Assembly: GCA_963822945.1 (NCBI GenBank)
Contig: CAWGJO010000036.1
Span: 60,897 to 124,896, forward strand
Origin: an uncultured Gemmatimonadaceae bacterium
GTDB lineage: Bacteria > Gemmatimonadota > Gemmatimonadetes > Gemmatimonadales > Gemmatimonadaceae
Length of the DNA: 64,000 bases
Reading direction: 5' to 3'
Part shown: one piece after another, positions 10,176 through 21,033 of the stretch
How positions within the stretch are numbered: the first letter of the stretch is position 1
Layout: each line of letters begins with the position of its first letter
Notes under the pieces: generated by a model
Told to the model about the DNA's origin: nothing
Database searches by the model: none
Seen by the model: the letters and a program-made list of their open reading frames with translations, nothing else
Position numbers and translations under genes: made by a program

Positions 10176-12618
10176 ATGACCGCACTGCTGCAGGACCTGC
10201 GCTACGCGCGCCGAATCCTCACCAAGAGTCCCCTCTTCACCGCCGTCGTGGTCGTCACGCTGGCCATCGGCATCGGGCTCAATACGGCAGTCTTCTCCGC
10301 CATCGATACTCTGCTGCTCAAGCCGCTGCCCGGCGTACGCGCCCCCAAGCAGCTCGTGCAGCTCTATCGGAGCTGGCCCGGCGGCATGAACTACGGATCG
10401 AACTCGATTCCCCACTATCAGGATCTCCGCGACCGGTCGTCGGACGTCTACTCGGGCGTCGCGGCCTGGGGCTTCGTGCAGACCAGCCTCGCCTGGAATG
10501 GGCGGGCGCAGACGGCGTTCGGCATGGCGGTGTCCGCCAACTTCTTCAACGTGCTCGGCGTGTCACCGCTGCGCGGCCGCACGTTCGTGCCCGCGGAGGC
10601 CCAGGGTCCGAATGCCCACCCGGTGGTCGTCCTGAGCTACGATGGGTGGAACCAGTTGTTCGGCGGGGACTCGTCCGTGATCGGCCGGTCGGTGATCCTC
10701 GACGGGCGCGACTACACCATCGTCGGGGTCACGCCCAGGGACTTCCGCGGGCCGATGCCGATCGTCACCCCGGAACTGTTCGTTCCGCTGATGCAGATCA
10801 ACCAACTGCGGCCCGGCGAGGGCGATATCCTGAAGGCCCGCGGCTCGAATTCGTTCAACGTCGTGGCGCGGTTGAAGCCCGGCATCACGGTGGCGCAGGC
10901 CAAGGACCGGATGACGGCCCTCGTGACGGCACTGCGTCAGGAATTTCCCGACCAGTACAAGGACAACGGCATCACGGTCATTCCTCAGACCGAGGCCGGC
11001 ATTCATCCCATGCTCAAGAACGCCGAGGTCGGCCTGTCGTCGGTGGTCATGGGTGTCGTGGCCATTCTCCTGCTCATCGCGTGCGTCAATGTGGCCAACC
11101 TCTTCCTGGCCCGGGCACGCGACCGCGCCCGCGAGATGGCCATCCGTTTGAGCCTCGGCGCCAAGCGGCGCGCGCTCATCCGACAGCTGCTGGTGGAGAG
11201 CTTCCTGTTCGCCCTCGTGTCGGGCGTCGCCGGACTCGCCGTCGCGTGGTGGACCATCGGCATCGCGAACCGCGTCTCGATTCCGATGGACGTCACCTTC
11301 CGGCCCGGGCTCTCGGTGAGTCCCGCCGTGCTGGCGTTCAGTCTCGGCGTCACCGTGGTCACCGGCTTCCTGTTCGGGCTGGCGCCGGCGCTGCAGGCCA
11401 CGCGCCCGTCGCTGGTCCCGGCGCTCAAGGGCGAGGAAGCGGCAGGCGAATCGCGGTCGCGGCTCACGCGCACGCTCGTCGTCGCGCAGGTGGCCCTGTC
11501 GATCGTGCTCCTCGTCTCGGCCGGGCTGTTCCTTCGCAACCTCTCGGCGGCCACGCAGATCGACAAGGGATTCAACGCCGACAATCTGTTGATTGCCACG
11601 CTCGATCCGGGATTGCAGGGATATACCCGCGCCCGCGCCGATGCCTTCTACCGCCAGCTCGACCGAACGGCTCACGGCGAACCCCGACGTGGTGGCCGTC
11701 GGCTACACGACCACCCTGCCGCTCTCCCTGAACGAGAACGACAGCGGCGTGCAGATTCCCGGGTACACGCCGGGGAAGAACGAGAACATGTCGATCCAGA
11801 ACTCGTCGGTGACGCCCGGCTATTTCAAGGCCATGGGGATCCCGCTCCGCGAGGGCCGCGCCTTCCGGACGCAGGACGACAGCGGCGCCGTGCACGTGCT
11901 CATCGTCAACGAGCAGTTCGTACACCGGTTCTGGCCGGGCCAGGATGCGCTCGGGAAGACGGTCCACACGCACGGACGGGACTGGACCGTGGTCGGAGTC
12001 GTGCCCACCGGCAAGTACTTCAGCCTCGGGGAGGAGCCGACCGCGTTTTATTACACGCCGGAGGCCCAGCAGTGGTCGTACGGACTGCAACTCGCCATCC
12101 GGACGCGCGGCGATCCGCTGGCCGAGGTGGGTGCCCTCCGGAGCGCGGTGGCGGCGCTGGACCCCAACATGCCACTCAGCGACGTGCGGACGATGGAGAA
12201 CCACCTCGGCATCGCCCTGCTGCCGGCGCGGGTGACCGGCTGGGCACTTGGCGTCTTCGGGCTGCTGGGGTTGCTGCTGGCGTCGCTGGGGATCTATGGG
12301 GTTATGGCGTATTCCGTATCGCAGCGGACCCGGGAAATCGGGATCCGGATGGCCATCGGCGCCGGGAGCGCGGCGGTTATCCGACTTCTCATGCGTCAGG
12401 GACTTACGCTTGTACTGGTGGGTACGGGGGTGGGCCTGGCCGGCGCGGTGGTGGCCGCGCGCCTGATTCAGGGGCAGTTGTACGGCGGCCACGGGCTCGA
12501 CCCCATCACCTTCGTGGCGGTGCCGGTGGTGCTGGTCATGGTGGCAATGGGCGCGATCTGGATTCCGGCGCGTCGGGCGGCGGGCCTCGATCCGGTATCG
12601 GCACTGCGGCAGGAATAG
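10176..12618 (+). CDS. ADOP-type duplicated MacB/FtsX ABC permease; frameshift near 11661
   Basis: LLQDLRYA, LAIGIGLNTAVFS and LLIACVNVANL; the second frame gives GIYGVMAYSVSQRTREIGIRMAIGA...DPVSALRQE. Confidence 0.9.
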
Positions 12619-12790
12619 CGCGCCTCAAAAAAAAAATCGGGCGGACAGTTGCCCTCGGGATTAAAAAATTCTAACTTCGAGGCTCGATGAACGCTGCCGA
12701 CCGTCGGCGAGTCCGCCCACGAGGGCACATCGTCCGGCGCCGGCCAGCACCTTTCTCGTATCCTCACCCCGAGTCATCGCCCACCGAAAC

Positions 12791-13138
12791 GTGCCACCAC
12801 GCAAACGGAGTACGTCCAAGAAAGCCCGCGCGCACTCGGAGAACGAAGTCGTCTCCAAGGCCCGCCTGGCGGACGAGATCAAGAAGGTGATCGCCGAGAA
12901 GGGGCTCACCCAGACCGCGGCCGCCGCGGTCGCCCGGGAAGCCCAGTCCCAGATGTCACTCGTGATGTCGGGTCACCTACAGGGCTTTTCGGCGAACCGG
13001 CTGATTCGCATTCTTCTTCGGCTCGGTCGCGACGTGGAGATCATCATTCGCCGTGCCGGCGTGCCGCGCCGTGGCGGACGCGTGAAGATCACCGGTACCG
13101 GGGCGGCCCCCCGCGGCAGCACCGCCCGTCGGCGATAG
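12791..13138 (+). CDS. XRE-family HTH regulator (HigA-like)
   Basis: GLTQTAAAAV...QSQMSLVMSGHLQGFSANRLIRILLRLGRDVEI. Confidence 0.8.
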   Translation: MPPRKRSTSKKARAHSENEVVSKARLADEIKKVIAEKGLTQTAAAAVAREAQSQMSLVMSGHLQGFSANRLIRILLRLGRDVEIIIRRAGVPRRGGRVKITGTGAAPRGSTARRR

Positions 13139-13894
13139 CGGGCGAGCAGGCGCCCAGTATTCTCCGGGCGCCTGGAAGCTGTAGCCCGCACCCTTCACGG
13201 TCCGGAGTGCGTGCGCGAGCCCAACCTTGATGAGCTTGCGCCGGAGGTAGAGCACGTATACGCCCACGATACCGGGCGTGGACGGGCCGTCCTCGGTATT
13301 TCCCCACACCCGCCGCAGGATCTCCTCGCGCGACAACGTCGTTCCGCCACTCTCGGTGAGGCAGCGAAACACGTTGAACTCCGTCGTCGTGAGCGTCACG
13401 CTCCGGCCATTGGCGGTGACCGTGCGCCGCGCCGCGTCGAGCTGCATCCCGTCGGGCCCCATGGTCATCGGCATCGCCAACGGAGACACACGACGGAGCT
13501 GCCGGCGGAGCCGGATGATCACCTCCGGGCCCGCGTCGTCGGTGGCCACGAAGTCGTCCACCCCCACCGCCAACAGGCTGGTGAGCACCGAGGGGCTGGC
13601 GCCGGGGGCGATGACGATCTGGGGCGCGTGTTCCCATCGATCACGCACGCGGTGCAGGACCTCGATGTATTCGGCGGTCACCGGCGGCGGGGCGTCGAGC
13701 ACCACCGCGTTCGGCGGGTGGGCCGCCATCCGCCACAGTCCCGACGACGAGGCGCGCCATCCCAGCGTGCGCGTCGTAATCCCGTACCGCTCCAGGGCCC
13801 GCGTCAGCGCCGTCACCCGTGTACGCACGCGCCCGAGCACCAGGACGGTCGGAGCCTGGATCTGGGCGGGAGAGGGTTTGCGCTTGCGACTCAT
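12977..13894 (-). CDS. OmpR-like winged-helix regulator with degenerate receiver; 3' end uncertain (overlaps the XRE gene)
   Basis: LTTTEFNVF...LSREEILRRVWG...VYVLYLRRKL...LRTVKGAGY winged-helix domain. Confidence 0.8.
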   Translation of the reverse strand: MSRKRKPSPAQIQAPTVLVLGRVRTRVTALTRALERYGITTRTLGWRASSSGLWRMAAHPPNAVVLDAPPPVTAEYIEVLHRVRDRWEHAPQIVIAPGASPSVLTSLLAVGVDDFVATDDAGPEVIIRLRRQLRRVSPLAMPMTMGPDGMQLDAARRTVTANGRSVTLTTTEFNVFRCLTESGGTTLSREEILRRVWGNTEDGPSTPGIVGVYVLYLRRKLIKVGLAHALRTVKGAGYSFQAPGEYWAPARPLSPTGGAAAGGRPGTGDLHASATARHAGTANDDLHVATEPKKNANQPVRRKAL

Positions 13895-14054
13895 CTGCGG
13901 GGATCGGACCTGGCCCCGTAGCGAACGGGGGATCGCGTGGGTGGGAATGCGATAATTAGTCCGAATCTAGGGGTGGCGCCGGGGGTCGGGGTTACACCAT
14001 GGGCAATCGTCCGAGGCTGGCCCGCCCCTCGGGGCCCAGGGGCTTGGCGAACCC

Positions 14055-14852
14055 TCAGGCGCCCGTCTTGAGCCGCCGCTTGAACGCCCGCACCACGCGC
14101 GAGAGCCCGCCGTGGCGCGTCACTTCGCCGGCCCGAAGCCCCGTGTAGCGCTTCATCGCGTTGCGCAGGGCCGTGGCCGACGGGTACTCCAACTCCAGGG
14201 CCACCCATTCCACCGTCTGACCCGTGGTCGCCAACAGGTGCGCGGCGAGCATCAGCCGGGACCAGCCAATCAACTCGGCCGGCGTCGGACCGCCGTCGCG
14301 CGCGCAGTGGTTCAGCAGCGTTCTCCGATGGATGCCGAGCAGGTCGGCCAGGCCCGAAACCGTTCGCGCCCGCACCGGATGTTGGAGGCACGCCGTCGCG
14401 ATCTCGCCCAGGCGTTCGGGCAGCAGGGGCCGCACCACCTGGACCACGCGTTCGGCCGAACAGACGCGCTGCGCCGAGGCGATCACCGATCGCACGCCGA
14501 TCCCGGTGTCGTCCACTCCGACGAACAGGAATTCGTGGACGCCCGCTTCCGCCATGTGCCGGATGTCCGCCGCCTGCTCCACGCCGGTGTGGCAGTGCGC
14601 AATCACCGGCATGTCGGGCACCAGCGCTTCGAGTTGCCGCACCACGGCCGCGCCGTCGTTGCCAAGGGGATCGCGGGGCGCGACGATCGCCGCCGCTGGC
14701 GGCGCTTCGGCGTCCCGCACGAAGTCCGGAAGGTCCCCGAGCGAACTCACCCACAGCACCAGCGCCCACCCGCGCAGAGCCCCCGTGATCCGGGCACGCT
14801 CCTTCTGACTCGCCACATACCCGATGATCTGGGGGTCCGCCGGATTCCCCAT
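14055..14852 (-). CDS. AraC-like HTH regulator with N-terminal receiver-like domain
   Basis: TVSGLADLLGIHRRTL and TVEWVALELEYPSATALRNAMKRYTG double HTH. Confidence 0.8.
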   Translation of the reverse strand: MGNPADPQIIGYVASQKERARITGALRGWALVLWVSSLGDLPDFVRDAEAPPAAAIVAPRDPLGNDGAAVVRQLEALVPDMPVIAHCHTGVEQAADIRHMAEAGVHEFLFVGVDDTGIGVRSVIASAQRVCSAERVVQVVRPLLPERLGEIATACLQHPVRARTVSGLADLLGIHRRTLLNHCARDGGPTPAELIGWSRLMLAAHLLATTGQTVEWVALELEYPSATALRNAMKRYTGLRAGEVTRHGGLSRVVRAFKRRLKTGA

Positions 14853-14913
14853 CGGACATCATCCGCGAAATCTGATCCGTGAACTTGCATGAGCCCCCGG
14901 GGCCGGCACAAGG

Positions 14914-15891
14914 TCAGCGGTGCACGGCAAAGAAGATTGCGACGCCCGTGGCCACGAGGGCGACCACCCACGGCACCCAGCCCGGGATCGCCGACATCGG
15001 ACCGGCTCCGCGCGTCCCGGTGACGCCAGCGGCCGGCGCCCCTCGCAGCGCCTGCACGATCTCGCTCGCCCGTTGAGGCCGCTGCTCGGGTTGCTTCTCC
15101 AGGCACTGCATCACGATCCGGGCCAGCGGGGCCGGCACCCCCGGCCGGCGCTGCGCGATCGGGTCGGGCGCCTGGTGCGCATGCGCCGCCATCACCACCG
15201 CGGCGTTCCGCCCCGCGAACGGCGGATGCCCGGTCAGCATTTCGTATGCCACCACACCCAGCGAATACAGGTCGGCGCGGTGATCCAGATTCGGGTCGCC
15301 CGCCGCCTGCTCGGGCGGGATGTACGTCGGCGTGCCCAGAGTCGTGCCGCTGCGGGTGATGCGGGCCGCGGCCGGATCCTCGGTCTCCACGCTCGCCACC
15401 GAGATCGCCTTGCCGATGCCGAAATCCAGCACCACCGCGTGATCGTGAAAGAACATCACGTTCTCGGGCTTGATGTCGCGGTGCACGATCCCGAGTTCGT
15501 GCGCGTAGTCGAGCGCGCTCGCCACTTCTTCGAGAATCCGAGCCACGTTCTCGATGCTCATCGGCCGCTCGCGGCTCATCCGCTCGCGCAGCGATTCGCC
15601 GTCCACCAGCGGCATGGTGTAGTACACCGAATTGGCCGCCGGACCCGACGTGAGCAGCGGAACGATGTTCGGGTGCTGCAGCCGCGCCGCGAGCGCGATC
15701 TCGCGCTTGAACCGCTCCGCCGACAACCCCGCCACCAACTCGGGGGAGAGGACCTTGATCACGACGGTACGCCCGAGGGCTAATTCCCGCGCCGCGAACA
15801 CGCGGGACATCCCGCCCTTGGGCAGTTCACGCTCGATCGTGTAGGTGGCGCCGAGGGCGGCCTGGAGTTCGTCGCGAAGCGAGGTGGACAT
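14914..15891 (-). CDS. Hanks-type Ser/Thr protein kinase with C-terminal TM helix
   Basis: VVIK, HRDIKPEN, DFG, GTPTYIPPEQ and DLYSLG motifs. Confidence 0.95.
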   Translation of the reverse strand: MSTSLRDELQAALGATYTIERELPKGGMSRVFAARELALGRTVVIKVLSPELVAGLSAERFKREIALAARLQHPNIVPLLTSGPAANSVYYTMPLVDGESLRERMSRERPMSIENVARILEEVASALDYAHELGIVHRDIKPENVMFFHDHAVVLDFGIGKAISVASVETEDPAAARITRSGTTLGTPTYIPPEQAAGDPNLDHRADLYSLGVVAYEMLTGHPPFAGRNAAVVMAAHAHQAPDPIAQRRPGVPAPLARIVMQCLEKQPEQRPQRASEIVQALRGAPAAGVTGTRGAGPMSAIPGWVPWVVALVATGVAIFFAVHR

Positions 15892-15989
15892 AAAAATCCG
15901 GCGTCGGATGTGGATTGGTGACACCACACGATGGGTAAAATGTGGCGTAGGCGCAACCAAAACCTCCCGTAACGACGTGACCGAGAAGG

Positions 15990-16258
15990 GGCGCAGGACC
16001 GAAACCGCGCAGGGCCGGTACGGCGCAGGGCCGAAACGGCGCAGGGCATGAGAGGCGCAGGGCCGATACGGCGGGGAAACGGTAGATCTTCAACAGCGAA
16101 TGGGGTGACTCCGCCGCGCCCGCGCCCCCCGGTTCGCCGTTTCGAGGGCCGGAGGCCCCCTCCGGTTCCCCGCTGTATCGGCCCTGCGTGGTTTCGGTCC
16201 TGCGTGGTCTCGGCCCTGCGTAGTTTCGGCCCTGCGTAGTTTCGGCCCTGCGCCGTCT
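15990..16258. repeat. 16-nt tandem units (CGCAGGGCCGAAACGG-like) and an inverted array flanking a ~85-nt core
   Basis: Direct units at about 15990-16080; inverted gtttcggccctgcgta units at about 16165-16258. Confidence 0.8.
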
Positions 16259-16259
16259 C

Positions 16260-16772
16260 TCAGTTCCGTCGTTTCGTTCGGTACATCACATGCTTCATCC
16301 CCGCATGCCTCACCTCGCGCTCGTATCTCATCCCCACCTTCTCCATCACATGCCGCGATCCGGCGTTGGTGGGCAGCGTGATCGCCACCAGTGACTCGAG
16401 CCCCAACTCGCCCTGCCCGATGGCCAGGCACTCGTTGGCGATCTCCGTTGCCAACCCCTGCCCCCACCACGGCGCGTAGAGCGCATAGCCGATCTCCACC
16501 TCGGCGACCCCTTCGATGTCCAGGTGCCGCACCACCGCGCGCCCGATGACCTCGTCGCCCGAGGCGGCGCGCACGATCCACAGCCCGAAGCCGTAGCGGT
16601 CCCAGTGCTCGAGATTGGTCCGCAGGTACGCCTGCGTCTGCTCCTCGCTGCGCACACCGCCCAGCGTGGCCATCACGCGCTCGTCGGCATGCATCCGCCG
16701 GATCTCGTCCAGGTGATCGGGACGCAGCCGCTCGGCGTGCAGGCGGGGGGTGGCGAAGGCATCGAGGTTCAT
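16260..16772 (-). CDS. GNAT (RimJ/RimL-like) N-acetyltransferase
   Basis: EIGYAL...WGQGLATE...NAGSRHVMEKVGM. Confidence 0.92.
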   Translation of the reverse strand: MNLDAFATPRLHAERLRPDHLDEIRRMHADERVMATLGGVRSEEQTQAYLRTNLEHWDRYGFGLWIVRAASGDEVIGRAVVRHLDIEGVAEVEIGYALYAPWWGQGLATEIANECLAIGQGELGLESLVAITLPTNAGSRHVMEKVGMRYEREVRHAGMKHVMYRTKRRN

Positions 16773-16928
16773 CGGGCGGCATCCATCCCGTCGGTCGGTG
16801 TGGCAGGACGCGTGATGATGTCGCGTGGCTCGGCCGCGGTCAATGCCGGCGTCGCGGAGGCGGTCGGGTATACGGACGCGTGGTTGGAGTCCAGATCGGT
16901 ACGTCGGGCGGGCGGTGGGGAAACGGGA

Positions 16929-16960
16929 AACGCCGGGGGACCATTCGGCCCCCCGGCGTT
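16929..16960 (-). terminator. Probable intrinsic terminator of the S10 peptidase gene
   Basis: aacgccggggg / cccccggcgtt stem. Confidence 0.65.
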
Positions 16961-17004
16961 CGCATTGCCACTGGCGTTGGCCGGTGGCCCGGCCCCGCCG
17001 CCGC

Positions 17005-18558
17005 CTAGTGCATCTGCGACGCGGCGGTCTTGGTGGAATTGATGAACTTCTCGATGTTCTGCTGGAGTTGCTTGGCCGAAGCCTGGTTGAGGTAGGCCAT
17101 GTGGCCGCTCTCGTAGTAGTCGAACTTCACCCGGTTCCTGTACGTCTGGTCGAAGCCCAGATGCCGGAAGGTGTACTCGGCGTTCGCGAACGGCGTGGCC
17201 GAGTCGTAGTAGCCGGCGCCCACCAGCACGTGCAGGTACGGATCCTTGGCCATGGCCAGGCGCAGGTCCTCGCTCGTGCTCGGGTAGCCGGCGTAGCCGC
17301 CCGGGCCCCAGTCCCAACGACCGGCGTGTCCGCCCATGTAGTACTGCAGGTCGGTGTGGTAGTCGAGGTCGTTGTGCAGGTAGCGCATGAACGCCGACAT
17401 GAAGGCCCCCGACGGCGCCACGTCGCTCGGGTCGTAGTCCTGGTACTGGTTGGCGGCGTTGCCGTTGATGCCGATGAGGCGGGTATCGTAGCGGCCGAGC
17501 ATCTCGCGCTGGTCGCGCAGCAGCTCGGTGCGGAAATCGCCCGCGCTGATGCGCAGGTTGGTGTTGAGAATGAACTTCTGCGAAAGGCCGGTGAGCCGGG
17601 CCAGCTTCTCGGCGGCCGCGGTCTTCTCGGCCGTGGTCAGTTCATTGCCCTTGGCGAGGGTGGTCAGGTAGTCGCCGAACGCGTAGTCGCGCGACTGCTG
17701 CACCACCTGCTCCAGCGTCATCTTCTGCAGGTCGGCGGGCAGCTTCTTGTGGTACCACGCCGTGGCCGTGTAGGTGGGCAGGAACATCGCGTACGCGTTG
17801 TCGTTGGTCGGGTTGGGCGCGATGTTGCCGAGGTCGAGCACGGTGCCCAGCAGCATGACGCCGTTGAGGTAGATGCCCTCGTTTTCCTGCAGCTCATTGG
17901 CCAGCCCCGCCGACCGGAAGGTGCCGTAGCTCTCGCCGAACAGGTACTTGGGGCTCGCCCAGCGCTGGTACTTGTCCAGGTAGTCGCGAATGAACTGGCC
18001 GAACATCGAGATGTCGTTGCGCGTGCCGGTGAAGTCGGACACGGGCACGCCCGGTGCCGGCCGCGAATACCCGGTGTTCATGGCGTCGATCTGCACCAGG
18101 TCGGTGGTGGCGAGCGGCGTGTACGGATTGGGCACGAGATCGTACGGGGGCGCCGGCTGCGAGCCGTTGGGGCCCATGTTCGGGTGCATCGGGCTCATGA
18201 TGCCCATGTCCAGCCAGATGGACGAAGAGCCCGGCCCGCCGTTGAAGAAGAAAGTCACCGGGCGCGTGGTGGAATCGACGCCGTCCTTGGTGTACGAGAT
18301 GTAGAACACCGTCCCGTTCGCCTTCCCGTTGGCGTCGTGCAGCACCATGGTGCCGGCGCGCGCCGTGTAGGCGATTTTCTCGCCGTCCACCGTCACCGTA
18401 TGGTGCGTGGTCGAGACCTTCTCGACCGCGGGGATGCCCGCGGAGTCGGAGCGCGAGGCGGAGGGTGGGCCGCCGCGCCCGCGGCCCTGGGCCTGCGCGT
18501 TCGGGACGACGGCGAGAGACGTGGCGGCAATGCCGAGCAGCAGCAGCCGAAGACGCAT
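17005..18558 (-). CDS. Peptidase S10 (serine carboxypeptidase)
   Basis: FNGGPGSSS, GESYG nucleophile, GYYDSATP and ESGHMAY motifs. Confidence 0.93.
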   Translation of the reverse strand: MRLRLLLLGIAATSLAVVPNAQAQGRGRGGPPSASRSDSAGIPAVEKVSTTHHTVTVDGEKIAYTARAGTMVLHDANGKANGTVFYISYTKDGVDSTTRPVTFFFNGGPGSSSIWLDMGIMSPMHPNMGPNGSQPAPPYDLVPNPYTPLATTDLVQIDAMNTGYSRPAPGVPVSDFTGTRNDISMFGQFIRDYLDKYQRWASPKYLFGESYGTFRSAGLANELQENEGIYLNGVMLLGTVLDLGNIAPNPTNDNAYAMFLPTYTATAWYHKKLPADLQKMTLEQVVQQSRDYAFGDYLTTLAKGNELTTAEKTAAAEKLARLTGLSQKFILNTNLRISAGDFRTELLRDQREMLGRYDTRLIGINGNAANQYQDYDPSDVAPSGAFMSAFMRYLHNDLDYHTDLQYYMGGHAGRWDWGPGGYAGYPSTSEDLRLAMAKDPYLHVLVGAGYYDSATPFANAEYTFRHLGFDQTYRNRVKFDYYESGHMAYLNQASAKQLQQNIEKFINSTKTAASQMH

Positions 18559-18824
18559 GACGGATCCTCCAGTGTGCGGACGCCGGGAATTGCGGGCCCG
18601 CGAACGGATGAAGTGGATACACCTGGCACAAGCCAGAGACTGCCGGGGGACGGCGCGACCGGGCCTGCAATGGGCTGGGGGAGCCTATAATGTACAACGC
18701 GGAACGGAATCGAGCGTTTCCACGCCCAGCGCAGAGGGACCATGCAGCCGTCCAGTAGCGTCATCTATTTCCTCACCGGCGGGGCGCGCGCCGCGCTCGG
18801 CCGGCATGCCGGGTCGGAGCGCGG

Positions 18825-20080
18825 ATGAACACCCTCGTACCCGCCTCCGCCCTGCAGGTCGCGCTCGTCCTCCTGCTCTCGTTCCTCATCGGGCTCGAGC
18901 GCGAGGAGCGCAAGCAGGCGGAGGGCAAGTGGATGTTCGGGGGCGTACGCACCTTCCCGCTCATCGGGCTGGTGAGCTACTCGCTCGCCCTCCTCTCGGG
19001 CGCCGACCTGCTCCCGTGGACGCTCGGCTTCGCCGTGGTGGGCGGGTTCATGCTGCTCTCGTACAACCGGAAGCTGGCGTCCGCCGAGTCCGCCGGCATC
19101 ACCACCGAGATGAGCGGCCTGGCCACCTATCTCGTGGCCGGGCTCGTCTATCGCGAGTTGTACTGGATGGCGGCGACGATCGCGGTGCTCAGCGTGCTGC
19201 TGCTCGAGTTGAAGAAGTGGCTCGAGGGACTCACGCGCCACGTCGCCTCGGGCGAGATCGCCACGGTCGCCCAGTTCCTGGTGCTCACCGTCGTCATCCT
19301 GCCCATCGTTCCCAACCGCGACTTCACGCACTTCGACCTCAATCCGTTCCGCACCTGGCTCGTGGTGGTGGCGGTGAGCGGCGTGTCGTTCGGCAGCTAC
19401 GTCGTGCAGCGCCTGCTCAAGGGCCGCGGCGGCGTGCTCGTCTCGGCGCTGCTCGGCGGCGCCTACTCGTCGACCGTGGCCACCGTGGTGCTGCTCGCGC
19501 GGCACGCCAAGGCCCGGCAGCAGCCGAACCTGTTCGCGGGCAGCATCTCGGCCGCGTCCGGCGTGATGTACGTGCGGCTGCTCGTGCTCATCGCGTTCTT
19601 CAACGCGTCGGTGGCCGCCCGCTGCTGCCCGGCTTCGCGATCGCGGCCCTGGCCGGCATCGGCGGCGGCTGGTACGTATCGCGCCGCGCCGACGGGCCCG
19701 CCGCGGCCACCGACGCCGAGCAGCCCGCCGTCAATCCGCTGGAGCTCAAGGCCGCGTTCCTGTTTGCCGCCGTGTTCGTGGCCGTGCTCGTCGCCACCAC
19801 TCTGGTGCGCGAGTACCTCGGCCACGCCGGTCTCTACACGCTGGCCGGGATCATGGGGGTGACCGACGTCGATCCCTTCATCCTCGGTGTTTCGCAGTCG
19901 CGCGGCGCCGCGCTGCCGCTGGCCGTGGCCGCCACGGCGATCGTGATCGCGGCGTCGAGCAACAACGTGGTGAAGGCGATCTACGCGCACACGTTCTCCG
20001 ACCGTGAGACGGGACGGCGCAGCGCGGCGCTGCTCGTGGCGCTCGCCGCGGTGGGGCTCGTGGCGCTCGTGTGGGTGTGA
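18825..20080 (+). CDS. MgtC/SapB plus DUF4010 membrane protein; frameshift near 19620
   Basis: LIGLERE, GGVRTFPLI, GITTE and GGAYSSTVAT; the second frame gives NPLELKAA and GVTDVDPF. Confidence 0.88.
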
Positions 20081-20235
20081 CGGGGCCGGCGGGCCCCGCG
20101 GCGTCGGCTACACCACCCGGAGTTCCACGCGCGGCGGTTGAACCCGGCAACCTTGCGGGCCGGCCCCCGGTTCCGATCGCGCGGTCGGGCGCCCCGGTTC
20201 GCACATCGGCCGTGTTTCGTGGTATACCTGATGCC

Positions 20236-21033
20236 ATGCAAAGACACGCCCCGGGAGGGCGCATTCGGATCGCCGCCATACTGCTCGCGGCGGGGCTCGC
20301 TGCCGCTGCGACCGCCTGCGGGCGCCGCGACGCAACGGGCTACACGGTGGTGCATCGCTACCCTCACGACACCTCGGCGTTCACAGAAGGGCTGCTCTAC
20401 AGCGGCGGCGTGCTGTACGAGAGCGTCGGACTGTACGGCCGGTCGGAGGTGCGCCGCGAAGCACTGGCCACAGGGCGCGTGCTCGCTTCCACTCCGCTGG
20501 CACCGGATCGCTTCGGCGAGGGGCTGGCGCTGCTCGGCGGGCGCCTGTATCAACTCACCTGGAAGAGCCACGTGGGGTACGTGTACGACGCCGCCACGCT
20601 CGCCCGCGTCGATTCGTTCGCCTTTCCCGGCCAGGGGTGGGGGATGACCACCGACGGGACTGCGCTCATCATGAGCGACGGTTCGGACAGCCTGCGCTTC
20701 TTCGATCCCCACACGTTCGCAACGCTGCGCGAACTCCATGTACGGAGCGGCGGACTGCCCCTGAAGGCGCTGAACGAGTTGGAGTACGTGGACGGCGCGC
20801 TCTACGCCAACGTGTATCAGAGTAACTTCATCGTCCGCATCGACCCCGCGAGCGGCGACGTGACGCGGTGGCTCGACCTCGGCGCGCTGGTGCCCGCGCA
20901 CGACCCCGACCTCGCGGACGACGTGCTCAACGGCATTGCGTACGACGCCGCCACCGGCGACCTGCTGGTGACCGGGAAGAGGTGGCCCGTGCTATTCGCC
21001 ATTCGCCCGGATCCGGTGGGCGTCCCCCGGTGA
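20236..21033 (+). CDS. Glutaminyl-peptide cyclotransferase (lipoprotein)
   Basis: YPHDTSAFTEGL, FGEGL, GWGMT, LNELEYV, VLNGIAYD and TGKRWP motifs. Confidence 0.93.
   Translation: MQRHAPGGRIRIAAILLAAGLAAAATACGRRDATGYTVVHRYPHDTSAFTEGLLYSGGVLYESVGLYGRSEVRREALATGRVLASTPLAPDRFGEGLALLGGRLYQLTWKSHVGYVYDAATLARVDSFAFPGQGWGMTTDGTALIMSDGSDSLRFFDPHTFATLRELHVRSGGLPLKALNELEYVDGALYANVYQSNFIVRIDPASGDVTRWLDLGALVPAHDPDLADDVLNGIAYDAATGDLLVTGKRWPVLFAIRPDPVGVPR

Noticed and set aside
4005..16258. Short tandem arrays as CRISPR
   Set aside because: No unique spacers between repeats and no cas genes.
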